A stretch of DNA of 64,000 nucleotides from Pseudomonadota bacterium (GTDB taxonomy: Bacteria > Bdellovibrionota_C > UBA2361 > OMII01). Positions 62,793-64,000 of this stretch are shown in pieces; the stretch's first letter is position 1, and every line of letters starts with the position of its first letter. The stretch is from the NCBI GenBank assembly GCA_038134595.1, contig JAYPVM010000001.1:134199-198198 (forward strand), in the 5' to 3' direction. Position numbers and translations under genes: made by a program. The notes beneath the pieces are model-generated. The model saw nothing but the letters and a program-made list of their open reading frames with translations, searched no databases and was not told where the DNA came from.

Positions 62793-64000
62793 ATGAATAG
62801 TTCGGATGCTATTGCACGATTGCTTGCGAGAGGGTGCGCCGAAGAACGCCGACACCGGTTGCGGATTCATATCCCAATTGCGCTTTCTGTGATTATGGGT
62901 TGTGTGTGTATCTACAGTTTATATTCGTGGTACCCGTCTTTTTTTGTCTTTGGATTTTTGTGTGTTGTGGCTTTTGTCGCTCTGTTTCTTAAGGACGCCC
63001 CGCCGCTGGGAGCCTCAGAGCAGTTTGTTGCCGAGCAGCTTGATATTGCATTTGCCTTGCGGGGACGATTGACGACGCTACAAAGCTTAGAGCACACGCC
63101 GACTTCCGAGACAGCACTCCAAAGAGATCTTTTAGCATTACAAATACAGCGGCAGGTGGCGGAGAAGGGTGACGATAGGGCTTGTGTGGTTCCATGTCTG
63201 TATGAAGCATTGGAAAAGCGCGTTAGAATTGTGGCCGTGTTAGCTTGTGTGAGTGCGTTTAGTTTTATGTTCTTCAGGCCCACTAGTCGCTATCAAGATG
63301 ACGCTACGCGCATTGCTTCAATAATTCGTAAAAACCCCGAGTTGCCAGAGCCGGTTCGCCTCAAGGCGCAGGCGCTTGTAGATGCTCTTAGTAATCCTCG
63401 AAATGACGCAAGCGATGTATCGGCGGCTTTGGCCAAAACAGAGCAGGCACTACTTCAAGCCATGCAGGTGTCAGAAGAAAGTCGATTAGATGTGGTTATT
63501 GCAGAAGGCAAAGGGAAAGCAGAGTCCCAAAATCTTGCTAGGTCTGATTCTAATATGTTGCCGACTCCAACCGTAAAGACAGAGAGAAAATTAGGCGGTG
63601 ATTCCAACTCGAATGAGAATCAAGAACGTGACGCGAGTAAAGAATATCTCCAGGCATCGCAACAACAAAACTCTGAGAATGGACAGAGTGCGGATAACTC
63701 ACAAGCACAGTCGGATAATCGCCGAAAAGATGAGGGTGATGACGGAGCCAGGCAACCTGAAAATGGGCAATCTAAAAATCCATCGCAAAGTACTAACTCC
63801 GAGCAGCCGCAGTCTGGCAATAGTAGCGACCGGTCGAAGGGTGCTCAGAGCAAGAAGGAAAAAGGCTTGGAGCAGTCCGAAAGTAGAGAGAAGCAAAGGG
63901 CTGGATTGTCTGATAAGCAGGAAGCATCCTCTAAAGAGCAGGGACAAGAGCAGGGACAAGAGCAGGGACAAGAGCAGGGACAAGAGCAGGGACAAGAGCA
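62793..64000 (+). CDS. Membrane protein with Gln/Ser/Glu-rich low-complexity C-terminal region (runs off the window; absent from the ORF track)
   Basis: Manual translation: MNSSDAIARLL...IPIALSVIMGCVCIYSL...VAEQLDIAFALRGRLTT... with three hydrophobic segments and no stop before 64000. Confidence 0.8.
   Translation, partial: MNSSDAIARLLARGCAEERRHRLRIHIPIALSVIMGCVCIYSLYSWYPSFFVFGFLCVVAFVALFLKDAPPLGASEQFVAEQLDIAFALRGRLTTLQSLEHTPTSETALQRDLLALQIQRQVAEKGDDRACVVPCLYEALEKRVRIVAVLACVSAFSFMFFRPTSRYQDDATRIASIIRKNPELPEPVRLKAQALVDALSNPRNDASDVSAALAKTEQALLQAMQVSEESRLDVVIAEGKGKAESQNLARSDSNMLPTPTVKTERKLGGDSNSNENQERDASKEYLQASQQQNSENGQSADNSQAQSDNRRKDEGDDGARQPENGQSKNPSQSTNSEQPQSGNSSDRSKGAQSKKEKGLEQSESREKQRAGLSDKQEASSKEQGQEQGQEQGQEQGQEQGQE
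63934..64000 (+). repeat. 12-bp coding tandem repeat (EQGQ)n
   Basis: AAGAGCAGGGAC repeated perfectly, more than 5 copies, up to the window end. Confidence 0.95.

Noticed and set aside
63699..63995. Minus-strand (SLLL)n ORF resembling a signal peptide
   Set aside because: It is the antisense shadow of the EQGQ repeat in the + strand gene.

Overview
This is the replication-origin region of a bacterial chromosome. Gene content suggests a Bdellovibrionota/deltaproteobacterial-type lineage (inference from parA-parB-bactofilin, an atpF'F-HAGDC operon without atpB/atpE, and phoH-7TM-HD-ybeY). The window opens inside dnaA, followed by oriC (DnaA boxes, DnaA-trio-like AT-rich segment), dnaN, recF and gyrB. 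It continues with a parAB-bactofilin operon fronted by 12 parS palindromes, prfB with its +1 programmed frameshift, part of the ATP synthase operon, glmU, uvrD/pcrA, cheY, a GspE/PilB ATPase, rppH, recJ, a TldD-like protease, pilD with a sigma54 regulator, phoH-HD-ybeY, M23-cinA and ruvX-mltG. Accessory or unusual items: a Pro/Arg-rich ORF with three GGC motifs next to a double GT2 glycosyltransferase; a RAYT transposase with outward-facing flanking motifs and a nested tandem repeat; nested IS91-family relics around an orphan HTH gene; three apparent pseudo-enzymes (BioF-like, receiver/HisKA-like, Fic-like); and a recurrent TANNNT-N8-ATG arrangement suggesting leaderless mRNAs. I found no tRNA, rRNA or CRISPR array. 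All calls come from reading motifs by eye; no database searches were run.
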